This document shows positions 27,113 to 40,500 of a DNA stretch of 64,000 nucleotides, in pieces. Numbering within the stretch: position 1 is the stretch's first letter; every line of letters begins with the position of its first letter. The position numbers were made by a program, and so were the translations under genes. Source of the stretch: the human T2T-CHM13v2.0 reference genome, Homo sapiens; assembly GCF_009914755.1 (NCBI RefSeq), contig NC_060938.1, one strand, 5' to 3'. Under the pieces are notes generated by a model. It was not told the DNA's origin, did no database searches, and saw only the letters and a list, made by a program, of their open reading frames with translations.

Positions 27113-29492
27113 CGATATGGTTTGGTCATGTCCCCACTCCAAATCTCATTTGGAAATGTAGCTCCCATAATCCCCATGTGTCATGGGAGGGACCCAGTGG
27201 GAAGTAATTAAATCATGGGGGGTGTGTTTTTCCCATGCTGTTCTCATGGTAGTGAATAAATCTCATGAGATCAGATGGTTTTATAAAGGGCAGTTCCCCT
27301 GCACATGCTTTCTTGCCTGCCATCATAGAAAACGTGACTTTGCCCCTCATTCGCCTTTCCCCATGATTGGATTTTAAGGTCTCACCAGCCATGTGGAACT
27401 GTAAGTCCATTAAAACTCTCTTTCCTGTTTAAATTATTGGTAATGTGAGAATGGACTATTACAGTAAATTCGTACTGGGAGTGGGGCACTGCTGTAAAGA
27501 TGCCCCAAAATGGGGAAGTGACTTTTGAACTGGGTAACAGGTAGAGGATGAAAAAGTTTGGAGGGCTGAGAAGAAGATAGGAAAATGTGGGAAAGTTTGA
27601 AACTTCCTAGACACTTAGAGGACTCAGAAGACAGGAAGATGTGAGAAAGTTTGGAACTTGCTAGAGACTCGTTGCATGGTTTTGACCAAAAGGCTGATAG
27701 TGATATGGACTAAAAAGTCTAGGCTGAGATTGTATTAGATGGAGATGAAGAACTTACTGGGAACTGGAGCAAAGGTGGTTCTTGCCATGCTTTAGCAAAG
27801 AGACTGGCAGCATTTTACCCCTGCCCTAGAAATCTGTGGAACTTTGAACTTGAGAAAGATTATTTAGGGTATCTGGTGGAAGAAATTTCTAAGCAGCAAA
27901 GCATTCAACAGATGACTTAGGTGCTCTTCAAAGCTTTCAGTTTTATTCATTCTGAAGGATATGGTTTGGAATTGGAACTTATGTTTAAAAGGGAAGCAGA
28001 GCTTAACAGTTCAGAAAATTTGCAGCCTGACAATGTGATGGAAAAGAAAAACCCATTTTTGGAGGAGAAATTCAAACTAGCTGCAAGAATTTGCATAAGT
28101 AATAATGAGGAGCCCAATATTAAACTTCAAGACAATGGGAAAAATGTCTCCAGGGCATGTCAGAGGTCTTCATGGCATCCCCTCCTATCACAAGCTGGGA
28201 AGCCTAGAAGTTAAAAATGGTATTGTGGGCTGGGCCCAGGCCCTTAGTGCTTTGTGTAGTCTAGGGACTTGTTGCCCCATATCCCAGTTATGGCTAAAAG
28301 GGGCCAATGTACAGCTCAGGCCATTACTTCAAAGGGCGCAAGCCACAAGTATTGGTGGCCTTCACATGGTGGTGAGCCTGTGGGTGCACAGAAGTCAAGA
28401 TTTGAGGTTTGGGAACCTCCACCTAGATTTCAGAGGATGTATGGAAATGCCTGGATGCCCAGGCAGAAGTGTGCTGCAGGGGTGGAGCTCTCATGGAAAA
28501 CCTCTGCTAGGGCTGTGCATAAGGGAAATGTGGGGTTGGAGCCCCAACACAGAGTCCCACTGGGTTACTGCCTAGTAGAGCTATGAGAAGAGGGCCACAG
28601 TTCTTGATTCTGTAATGGTAGATCCACCAACAGCTTGCACCATGCACCTGGAAAAGCCACAGATACTCAATGCCAGCTCATGAAAGCAGTCAGGAGAGGG
28701 GCTGTACCCTGCAAAGCCAGAGGAGCAGAGCTGCTCAAGACCATGTGAACCTACCTCTTGTATCAGTGTGACCTGAATGTGAGAAATGGAGTCAAAGGAG
28801 ATCATTTTGGAGCTTCAGGATTTGATTGCCCTGCTGGATTTCTGACTTGCCTGAGGCCTGTAGCCCCTTTGTTTGGCCAATTTTGCCCATTTGGAACAGG
28901 TGTATTTACCCAATCCCTGTACTCCCATTGTATCTAGGAAGTAACTAGCTTGCTTTTGATTTTACAGGCTCATAGGCAGAAGGGTCTTGCCTTGTCTCAG
29001 ATTAGACTTTGCACTGTGGACTTTTAAGTTAATGCTGAAATGAGTTAAAACTTTGGGGGACTGTTGGGAAGGCATGATTGGTTTTTAAATGTGAAGACAT
29101 GAGATTTGGGAGGGGGCAGGGGCAGAATGATTTGTTTTGGCTGTGTCTTCACCCAAATATCATCTTGAATTTTAACTCCCATGATACCCACGTATCATGG
29201 GGGGGATCTGGTGGGAGATAATTGAATCATGGATTTGGGTTTTTCCCATGCTATTCTTATGATAGTGAATAAGTCTCAAGAGATCTGATGGTTTTATAAA
29301 AGGAAGTTCTCCTGCACATGCTCTCTTTTCTGCCACCATGAAAGATGTGCCTTTGCTCTTCCTTTGCCTTCTGCCATAATCGTGAGGCCTTCCCAGCCAT
29401 GTGGAACTGTGAGTCCATTAAACCTTTTTTTCTTTTTAAGTTACCCAGTCTTGGGTATGTCTTTATTAAGCATATGAGAATGGACTAATACA
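27113..29492 (+). mobile_element. Full-length THE1C-like MaLR: LTR 27113-27463, internal region, LTR 29128-29492
   Basis: Paired LTRs, internal region and polypurine tract before the 3' LTR; TSD GTGCT/GTGCC. Confidence 0.93.
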
Positions 29493-30564
29493 GTGCCAGT
29501 AAATATTTGCTTATTAAGTCATTGATGTGTAAACAATACTTAGAAACACTTGATTGTAATTTTGTTTATGTAAGATATTCTATACCTACTGTGTTCTCTT
29601 CAGACAAGTGTTATATTTACATTTCTAATTCAGAATCTACAGTCCAATGGTTATGTCTTTTTGTGGTATTTTAAATTCAAAAAAATCAACACACATTTAT
29701 TTTGTTGTTACTCTCTAACATCACTGTGCTAGATATTCTGTAATAAAAATATAATAAAGATATATCCTCACTTTCAAATAGCTTATTTTCTAACTTAAAA
29801 ATACAGTCTTATCATCATTTATCTTACAGACAAATATAAGGCAACAAATGTATAATTGCAATTGTTATTAGTATTTTTTCACAGGGGCATAGGATGGGTA
29901 AGAAAGCTTCCCATCATTGTCATATGCTAGCTTTCAGAATATTATTAATATGTAAGTGTATTTCCAGGAAGATATGCCTGCAACATAATGATTGAGACAT
30001 ATGATCACAACCTCAAAACAATGAGGTCCAACATGCAAAATAATATATAATTATTATTAATTATATATTATATAATAGTTTATTATATAATTTCATATTA
30101 TATAACATACAACATATTATATATTAAATAATGTATAATATATAATATAAAACAATAAACATAAAACAGCTTGAAGTTCAGTTTAACATGGTGACTCCCA
30201 ATATATATTGCTTTTGAAGACACATTGCAGATCAAATCAAACATAGGAAAAAAAACACACTCAGACAACATATACGGCATGGTTAGGGCTACCAATTTGT
30301 CATTTCTGATCTAAGGAAATTGTAGCATACTTAGATTTTTCTTCTTTATTGTAAGCCATCATTTATATTGAAGGAATAATAATTGACTAGTGGTTTATAT
30401 TGTAACCCAAGAAAATAGACATGGGCAAGGACCAAATGTATGCCAGTGTTTATCTTTATCATGGAGAACAAGAAGTTATAATTCTAGGCAACCAAGTATA
30501 GTTTTTAAGGAAGAAATATTTCTGTTGTGGAGCACTGTAATTTATCTACTTGCCATATTTTAAA

Positions 30565-30775
30565 ATAAAAAAGGAGAAGGGGAAGTATGATGAGCAGGAG
30601 GAGGAGTGGGAGGATGAGGGAAAAAAGGGAGGAAAAGGAAGAGGAGAAGAAGGAGAAAGAGAAAGATGGGGAGAAGAAAGAGTAGGAAGAGGAAGGAAAG
30701 GAGGAGAAGGGGGAGGGAAGGAGAAGAAGAAATAAGAAGAAGAAGGAAAAGAAGAAGGAGGAAGAGGAGGAAACA
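30565..30775. repeat. GA-rich polypurine low-complexity tract
   Basis: About 210 bp almost entirely G/A (GAA, GAG, GGA units). Confidence 0.95.
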
Positions 30776-30884
30776 GCAGCAACCTTGATAATTTTCAATC
30801 CCTTTATTCTCAAACTCTCACCACCGTATATAGCAAAAAATTGGCTTTTGGTTTGCACAGGGCCATAGTAATGCCTTTTTAATC

Positions 30885-31005
30885 CTTTTTATTTATTAAT
30901 TGATTAAACAAATATTTTTGAGCACTTGCTCTATGCAAGGTATTGTGTTCATCTCTGGGACATCTAGTGAATATTACACACATAGTCCCTGCCTTCATGT
31001 AGCAA
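30885..31005 (-). mobile_element. L2 3' end fragment
   Basis: AACAAATATTTTTGAGCACTTGCTCTATGCAAGG...AGTCCCTGCCTTCATG. Confidence 0.7.
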
Positions 31006-33554
31006 CACTAAAGCAGACATTCTCCTTAGGATGATGTGCCAAATCCTGAATGCTAAGTGCTGCCCTGCATTTTTGAGCCAAGTATTTAATTACCTATGAA
31101 AATAAATTGATTTCTGATTTACAAAACATCAGCTGCTTATGAAATCATTTTGTATAAGTCAGTTACATGCAGTCAGATTAATTCTGGATAAACTTTTATT
31201 TAAAAAAACTTATTTCTGGAAAAGCAGCTCACTAATCTGTTGATAGCTTCATCCAAGCCTTGTGATAGTCTCTTCTAAGCACTAGCAACTTTTGGAGCTT
31301 GACCAGAGCAGTCTTAGTCTTCCTTTGTCCTATTATTCTCTCATATTGTGCCTTTGATATATTATAAAACAAACCAACTATGGCCATAAGTAAAAAGAAG
31401 TTATTAGTTTTATTATGAAGATAAGGAAAAGCCTATTTAAGACAGAACATTTGAACTGGACTGGATTGGTATATGATAGGAAGAGCATTTATCAATATAC
31501 TTCCTGGCTTGGAAAATAATGTATGGTGCTGGTAAGTGTCTGATGGTGCCATGGTATTGGTAAGAGCAGGGTGTAGCAAAACACACACTACGTATGGAAG
31601 CTATGAGTGGATGGGAGATTTGGTTTATACTCTATAAGAATTTGAATGTCATTTACAAGTATTTTAGAGATGACAGTGGTCCGATTAAATGTTTATAAAT
31701 GGAAAGTAGCAATACTAATTAGAATAAATGTGATGAGCAAGAGATTAAACACATGATGGTCAATTCAGAGAACAAACTAATTCTCTGAAATATATCTAGT
31801 TAAAGGTCACTTTTGGAGGCATAACAAAATATAGTTTACCAAGTAACCAGTTCACTTAATGACTAATTCCAACAAATAATCAAGGGACCAAATCACTTTA
31901 CTTTCACAACTCCCCACCAAAAAAAAGCTAGATTTTACTGATTTCTTACAAAATATACAGTAATTTGTGTTGCACTGGAATATTTCAACAGTCTTTGCAA
32001 ACTTTTTTCACCAAAGATGAGGTTTTTTTGCAGTCATTTTGTCCTACCTGTTTTGTTCTAACTATTGCATCAGAACAGTAGATATGAAGTACATTTCTGT
32101 CTTTCCCATAATTAGAGACTACTATTCTAAACAACAAAGTGGGATCTATCTCTTGTAGATATTTTAATTCATATGCTATCTTTATCCCCTTTCTTAATAT
32201 ACAGATTTTTATATGGGTCAATCAAATGAATTCTTCATGTACTCCTTTTCGTTTCAGGAATTATCTGCTATATCATTCAGTACCATGTACATGAAATAAT
32301 AGATGTAATAATAATAGATTCTATAAATAAAGTTCATTAGCTATTTTTATCAGTTTTTAGATTTTTAGATTTATCAGTTTTTAGTTTTTAGATTTTTTAG
32401 ATTTGTCAGTCTGCAAACAAAAGCATATGTGCATGTTCATTTTGGAATTGCCAAAATTCTTTAACCAAAGGAGTTATGATACAAATTAGATGCATTGATC
32501 ACGTAGCTACTGTAGACAAACGTAGACGTAAGATACAACAATTGAGAAGATAACAAACTGTACTTAAGGGAAATCCTATCCATTTTCATAAAAAATGTTG
32601 GTCATTAAAGAAGTGCTCAGTGTCTGAATTTTGAAACATACTGAAAATTAGCTTCAATTGAACTGAACCCACATAAAGAGAAGTTGAAACATCAAGGCAC
32701 TGGATTGAAAATGTGATGAAAGTGAAACAACCACTCCAATGTTTATCAATTTCTTGTTATATGAGATATACTTAATATATGACTTTAAAATATTATTATT
32801 TCTTTTTAAAAAATTAATCAACCCAAAGAATGGAAACACTATGGCTAATTTGCTGCAATGAAGTAGCAAAAATAAAACACAAATTTCAAAAAAAATGCTC
32901 AAAGGCTATTGAAGCAGCTCATGCAAAAAAAAAGGGGCGGGGAAGTTTTAGATAAATAATTTTTTCTGCTAATTATAAATTACAAATTTTATAATTAGTC
33001 ATTATGTTAGTTCTCAAGAGGATTTTTAAATATCACAAAGAAAATATAACAGGCTCTTGAATTATGTTCGAAGCAATTAGAATGAGTACTAAAAAAGCCT
33101 GTTAACAGGACCTATTAACATATTGGTTGGAAACAATGATTGAGGAATAAAAATTATAGTTTTCATTCCTAGGTGGCTGATGAATCAGTTACTTTTCAAA
33201 GGTCGAAAGTACAGGAGCAAAGTATGTTTTTCAGGGACAATAATGAAAAATTAAGGATTTGTGGAGTATGATGTGTTAGAAGCACTGGGCAAAATTGTCC
33301 TTAGACAACGAAATATCTGGTTCCTAGAGCTCAAAAAAATTATTTAGAGTAATTAGAAAAAGGAGAATGGAATTAACCAGTATTTATTAAACATCTACAA
33401 TGTATCAGATGCTGGGGCAAGTTTTTAAAATACATGTACTCATTTAATCTTAAAAACAACCTGTGGAATAAATATTGCTATCTTCCATTTATCAATTAGT
33501 AAAATGGATCTAAGAAAATGTACAATTAAGTTATTACTGTTATAAAAGCATTTT

Positions 33555-33969
33555 TTAGATAGATTGTATTATTTCTCCCAAGTTTGTGTCTCTTTCCCAG
33601 TAGAAATAGTATATGTCCCTGTCCCTTGCCATGTGGCTCTCTGTGCCTCCCAGGTGAAGGAATATAGTTCACCAGATCACTGATATCATGCTTGTCTATA
33701 TGACTTCCTCTAGACATTTATGTATGCTATATCCCATCAGAAACTTCAAGAACCATCACATGGATATGACATTGTCCTTTTCATTTTTCCAGGAAACAAG
33801 GTTTGCTCCTTCAGCCTGGATCTAAAATAAAGACATGTAAAACAAAGCGGACCACACTTGACATGAAAAAATATATATGAGCAAGGAAGTAAAACTTTAG
33901 TGTTGCAACTCTCTAAGACTTGGAAGTTGTTTCTTATGCAGCATAATTTAATGACAGTCAACTAATGCA
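33555..33969 (+). mobile_element. MLT1H/I-like LTR inserted into MIR/L2 remnants
   Basis: CCCTTGCCATGTGGCT, TGCTCCTTCAGCCTGG and terminal ACTAATGCA motifs. Confidence 0.6.
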
Positions 33970-34994
33970 GTGTAAACCATGGAGCTTAGACTCAAAGTAA
34001 GTTCCATCTGGCTTTAAAGTTCATGCACAGTATACTACATCACTCTCTTTCTCACACATCATGTGATATATAAAGCCATGGGTTGATTATGTAATTCAGA
34101 ATTGAGTGTAAACGGCCATGAAAATGCCTTGAGAAATCTCCATTTGGGGACTATACAGAGTATGAGGAAATAGAAAGGAGAACTAAGAAAAAAAATCAAA
34201 ATTTTAATGGTGGTACAGTCAATGCAGAAAGGAATTTCAATACGGAAAAAATCTAAAATATCAAATATTGAAGAAAAATTAAAAGGATGAAAGCTAAGAA
34301 ATAAAGAAAAACTTACTGGTCTTAGAAATCTGGAGATCATTCATCATTTTTTGTCAAAATCTGCTTGGCATATATGAGGACTAAGATTTAAATATAAGAC
34401 AGGAGTCCTTAACCTTAGTACAAGAATCGTTCAGGAGAGAGCTGTGGATTACATGAAAATGAATCATCAAGCGTATTGATTTTCTATTGCTATTGTAATA
34501 AATTGTTACAAACTTAGCAGTTTATAACAGCACAAATTTATTACTTCATAGTTTCGAGTGGTCAGAAATCTGACACACATCTCATCAGGCTAAAATATAG
34601 GTGTCAACAGGATTGCATTGCTTATTGGAGGTTCTCGCAAAAAAGCCACTTCCAGGTTTATTCAGGATATTGGTCAAATTCATTTTCTTACAGCTGTAGG
34701 AATGAGGACACCATTTTCTTCCTAGCTGTCAGTTAGGGGCTGTCATTAGCTCCTAAAGACCTTCTCTAGTCCTTTCACATGGCTCTCCACTTACAACCAG
34801 CAAGGCACATCAAAGCCTTCTTACTATAGGAATTTCTCTCAATTCCTCCTTCTTTTGGATCTCTTTTCCCTTATTCCTCTGCCCCAACTCGCTAACTGAC
34901 TCTTCTGCTTTCCTTTTCTGCTTTTAAAGGCTCATGTGATTACATTAGGCTCACTCCAATAATCTGACATGTTATCTTTATTTTAACAGCAGCT

Positions 34995-35417
<423 letters not shown>

Positions 35418-35627
35418 TCACAGTAGTTCGTAGGTTAGTGTTTAATTGAATAAACAGGGCATAGGAAACTTGGAGCAGGGGAGATAGCTATAGAATTCTG
35501 TCTATCACATCAGAGACACTTGCCAAAAAAATTAATTCTCAAGGTGTCTCCCATAAAAGCCTGTTAAAAAAAGCTCCAGGATAAGACATTGGTCTATACT
35601 TTAATAAGTCCTATAGGCAATTATTTT

Positions 35628-35856
35628 TTTTAATATACTTTAAGTTCTAGGGTACATGTGCACAACGTGCAGGTTAGTTACATATGTATACATGTGCCAT
35701 GTTGGTGTGCTGCACCCAGTAACTCTTCATTTAACATTCATTCTCAGCAAACTAGCACAAGGACAAAAAACCAAACATCGCATGTTCTCACTCATAGGGG
35801 GGAATTGAACAATGAGAACACATGGACACAGGAAGGGGAACATCACACACCGGGGC
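35628..35856 (-). mobile_element. Very short 5'-inverted L1PA4/5-like insertion
   Basis: Antisense L1 terminus 35628-35738, sense 3'UTR piece 35739-35856; perfect TSD GGCAATTATTTT at 35616-35627 and 35854-35865. Confidence 0.92.
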
Positions 35857-37516
35857 AATTATTTTCAGAATACTTGAAAGCACCTTCTTTCCAGGGTCAA
35901 TGATGAGTTTGTTATATCTAATGCCCTGAAATGTTATGAAAAATGTTGTAGGCATTTTCATTTTCCTGGGGCTAATTTATTAATTTATGAAAAGCTAGAA
36001 GAGTTCTATGACTCAGAATACTTAATTTAAGGAATTAAATTTAAGGGCATGTATATGAAAAAAATGCAAGAGAATGGCCTACCCTTGACATTTTGATAGT
36101 AAAGTAAAGAAAATGTATGGGATGGTAGTTTGAGAAAAAAGCTGGTTTTAGGGAATTTTTTAGGATACACAAGAATTGAGCATATGGGGAAGAAAAGAAT
36201 TTGTGGATGGCAGTATTCCAAGGCAGGATGGGGACAACTGAAGTGGCAAATTATTTGCAGTAACTAGATAAATAGGATGGTTGGGAATTTTAATCTTGTA
36301 ACAAAAGTATATTGTTCTGTTAAAGGAAAGAAAAAGAAGAAGGGATAAGTAAAGGTGAAGAGAAACTAAGATGGAATGGCTTCCTTTTCCCCAGTTAAGT
36401 AGGAGTTATATCCCTTACTCTTTTAAGAATTAGATGGCTTGAGCACTGTGGAATGAATCTACGGAAAAAACAAAGAGATAGAAAAAAAGGTAGATATTAG
36501 CAAAAAATAAAAATAAAATAACTGGATCCTCAATGCTGCCCACTAAGAATATATTTTAAGGATTTGAACAAAAATTATGATAAAAATATTTTTAGTAATT
36601 GCATCAAGTTTTCTTTTTATTTCACCATTATTCTTCTGTGGTCACATAGTTCAAATGAGTAGAGCATTTAAAAATCCAGTATATGTATGCCATTCCCGAA
36701 TTGGCATTTTAGATAATATTAATAGGATACACACTTTGCTGAGATGCAGGAGGACTGTATTTAAATCCCAAATTTATTTTTAGGTTTGTTAAGGAACTTT
36801 AAGCAAAGCCTCTTATTCTGCATCAGCTTCCTCCTTGGCCAAATGGAAATAATATTGTTTGTCCCATGTAATCTACACAGTATGCAAAGAAAATAAAATA
36901 AGACCAATATAATATAGTTTTTGAAGTTGAAAAAGAAATAATAAGCTGCATTTTACAAATTTATTGGTAGCTCTGAGAAGTACCAGATAATAGGGTATTA
37001 ATCTAACACCACAAATCATTCTCCACTCTCCATCAAACAGAAGCTTTGCTTTTGAAATTAAATAAACTTTTTTAAATTGAAAGGAAAAAAGAAGTGGAAC
37101 TTCCACTTCCAGCAACATGGCAGATCAAATAACTTTAAATGTCTTTATTTCATTTACCAAAAATACTGGATAAAATATAAAAACACCCAACGTTTCTGGT
37201 AAACTAGTTTTCAGTTGGCTACACTCATACAAACATTTTGAATTGTTAAAAAGTAAAAGATTATAATTTGCTTTACTGAAGAAGAAAAGGGTGTCATTTA
37301 AATGCAAAAATAGATAAAACCTACAAAACTGACCAAATATTAACGATCGTTAGATTAATCCATTAGACCAAAAAATACCCATCACAGAATCTTAGAAAAA
37401 TAAATAAAAGAACAGTTAACAATCTAATTGTATTTAGTTTTTCTAAAATGAAGGAAAACATGTGTGTGAGTTTTTTTTTAACCAGACAAAATTGGACATA
37501 AAAACATAACAATTTT

Positions 37517-40500
37517 TTTTCAATTTCTATTTTAAGTACAGGGTGTACATATACAAGTTTGTTCTGTGGGTAAATTGCGTGTCACTGAGGTCTGATGTGC
37601 AAATGATTTCGTCACACAGGTAGTGAGCATAGTACCCAATAGGTATTTTTTCAATCTTCACTCTTCTCACAGACTCTGCCCTCAAGTAGGCTCTAGTATC
37701 TCTCATTCCTCTCTTTGTGTCCATGTGTACTCAATGTTTAACTCCCACATATAAGTGTGAGAATATGTGGTGTTTGGTTTTCTGTTCCTGTATTAATTCA
37801 TTTAGGATAATGCCCTCTAGCTACATCCATGTTGCTGAAAAGGACATGATTTCATTCTTTTATATAGCTGTGTAGTATTATACGGTGTATATGTACCATC
37901 TTTCCATTCAGTCCACAGTTGATGCACATCTAGGATGATTCCATTTCTTTGCTATTGTGAACAGTGCTTTGATGAATATATGTGTGCATGTGTATTTTTG
38001 GTAGAATGACTTATATGCCTTTGGGTATATACCTAGCAATGAGATTGCTGGGTTGAATGGTAGTTCTAAGTTCTTTGAGAAATCTTCAAACTCCTTTCCA
38101 CAGGAGCTAAGCTAATTTACATTCCTACCAACAGTGTATAAGCATTCCCTTTTCTCCAGTACTTTGCCAACATCTGTTACTTTTTGACTTTTTAATAACA
38201 GCCTGGTGTGAGATGGTATCTCATTGTTATTTTGAATTGCATTTTTCTGATGATTAGTCATGATGAGCATTTTTTCATGTTTGTTGGTTGCTTGTTTGTC
38301 TTCTTTTGAGAAGTGTCTGCTCATTTCCTTTGCCCATGCATTCATGGGGTTATTTGTTGTTTGCTTGTTGATTTGTTTATTATAGATTCTGGATATTAGA
38401 CCTTTGTCAGATGCATAGTTTGCAAATATTTTCTCCCATTCTGTAGTTTGTTTATTCTGATGATACTTTATTTTGCTGTGCAGAAACACTTTAGTTTAAT
38501 TACGTTTCATTTGTCATTTTTTGTTTTGGTTGCAACTGCTTCTTGGCATCTTCATCATGTAATCTTTGCCATAGCCTGTGTCCAGAATGGTATTTCCTGT
38601 GTTTTCTTTTGGGAATTTTATAGTTTTGGGTTTTATGTTTAAGTCTTTAATCCATCTTTAGTTGATTTTTGTATATGGCATAAGGAAGGAGCCCAGCTTC
38701 AATCTTCTCCCAGCACCATTTATTGAATTTGAAGTCCTTTCTTCATTGGTTGCTATTGTTTGACTTTTTCAAAGATCAAGTGGTTGTAGGTATGTAATCT
38801 TACTTCTGAGTTATCTATTCTGTTCCATTGGTCTATATGTTTGTTTGTGTACCAGTACCATGCTGTTTTGGTTAGTGTAGCCTTGTAGTATATTTTGAAG
38901 TCAGGTAGTGTTTTGCCTCCAGATTTGTTATTTTTGCTTAGGATTGTTTTGGCTAGTTGGGCTCTTTTCTGGTTTCATATGAATTTTAGAATAGTTTTGT
39001 TCTAATTCTGTGAAAAATGACATTGACAGTTTAATAGGAACAGCATTGAATCTATAAATTGCTTTGGGCCGTATTGTCATTTTAACAATATTGATTATTC
39101 CTATCCATGAGTGTGGAAAGTTTATCCATTCGTTTGTGTCATCTCTGATTTTTGTCAGCAGCGTTTTGTAATTCTTGTTGTAGAGATCTTTCACCTCCCT
39201 GGTTTGCTGTAATCCTAGTCATTTTATTCTTTTTGTGGCTATTGTGAATGGGATTACATTCTTGATTTGACTCTCAGCTTAGACATTATTGGCTTATAGA
39301 AATGCTACTGATTTCTGCACATTGATTTTATATCCTGAAACATTACTGAAGTTGTTTACCAGTTCAAAGCGACTTATGCAGAAACTATGTGGTTTTCAAG
39401 GTATACAATCATATCACCTGTGAAGACAAATAGTTTGACTTCCTCCTTTCCTGTTTGGGTGTCTTTTATTTCTTTCCCTTGTCTGATTGCTCTGGCCAGG
39501 ACTTCCAATACTCTGCTGATAGGAGTAGTGAGAAAGGGCATCCTCATCTTGTTCTGGTCCTCAAGGGGAATTGTTCAAGCTTTTGCCTGTTCAGTATGAT
39601 GTTGGCTGTAGGCTTGTGAGAGATGGCTCTTATTATTTTGGGGTATATTCTTTTAATGCCTAGTCTGTTGGGTTTTTAACATGAAGGGATGTTGAATTAT
39701 ATTGATAGCCTTTTCTGCATTTATTGAGATGATCATGTTGTTTTTGTTTTTAGTTCTGTTTATATAAGGAATTATATTTATTGATTTGCACTAATCTTGC
39801 ATTCAAGGAATCAAGCCTACTTGATTGTGGAGGATTAGCTTTTTGATGTGCTGCTGGAATCAATTTGCTGGCATTTTGTTGAAAATTTTTGGGTCTATGT
39901 TAATCAGGGATATTGGCATGAAGCTTTCTTTATTCACTGTGTTTCTGCCAGGTTGTGGTATCAGAATAATGCTGGCCTCATCATATGAGTTCCTCTTCTT
40001 CAATATTTTGAAATAATATCAATAGCATTGGTACCAGCTTTTCTTTAACCATGCAGTAGAATTTGGAAGTGATGCATCTGGTCCAGGGCTTTTTCTGGTT
40101 GGTAGGTGTTTTATTAGTGATTCAGTTTTAGAACTCTTATCGGTCTATTCAGGATTTCAACTTCTTCCTGGTTCAACCTTGGGAGGTTGTATGTTTCTAG
40201 GAATTTATCTATTTCTTCTAAGTTTTCCAGTTTGTGTACATAGAGGTGTTCATTATCTGTGAGGATATTTTTTTTGTATTTCTCGGGGGTCAGTGGTAAT
40301 GTCACCTTTGTCATTTCTGGTTGTGTTTATTTGGATCTTCTCTCTTTTTTTCTTTGTTATTCTAGCTAGACATCTATCAATCATATTTATTCTTTAATAA
40401 ACCAACTTTTGGTTTCACTGCTCTTTTGTATGGATTTTTTTCTCAATATTGTTCAGTTCATCTCTGACTTTGGTTATTCCTTGTCTTCTGCTAGCTTTGG

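Noticed and set aside
27590-27670. Tandem duplication at the start of the THE1 internal region
   Set aside because: Also present in the 45.5-kb copy, so it is a subfamily feature rather than a local event.
30505-30858. Ser/Phe/Pro-rich and Glu/Gly/Lys-rich ORFs
   Set aside because: Translations of the GA low-complexity tract.
32343-32410. Degenerate TTTTTAGA/TTATCAG short tandem repeat
   Set aside because: Ordinary slippage-derived low complexity without spacer structure.
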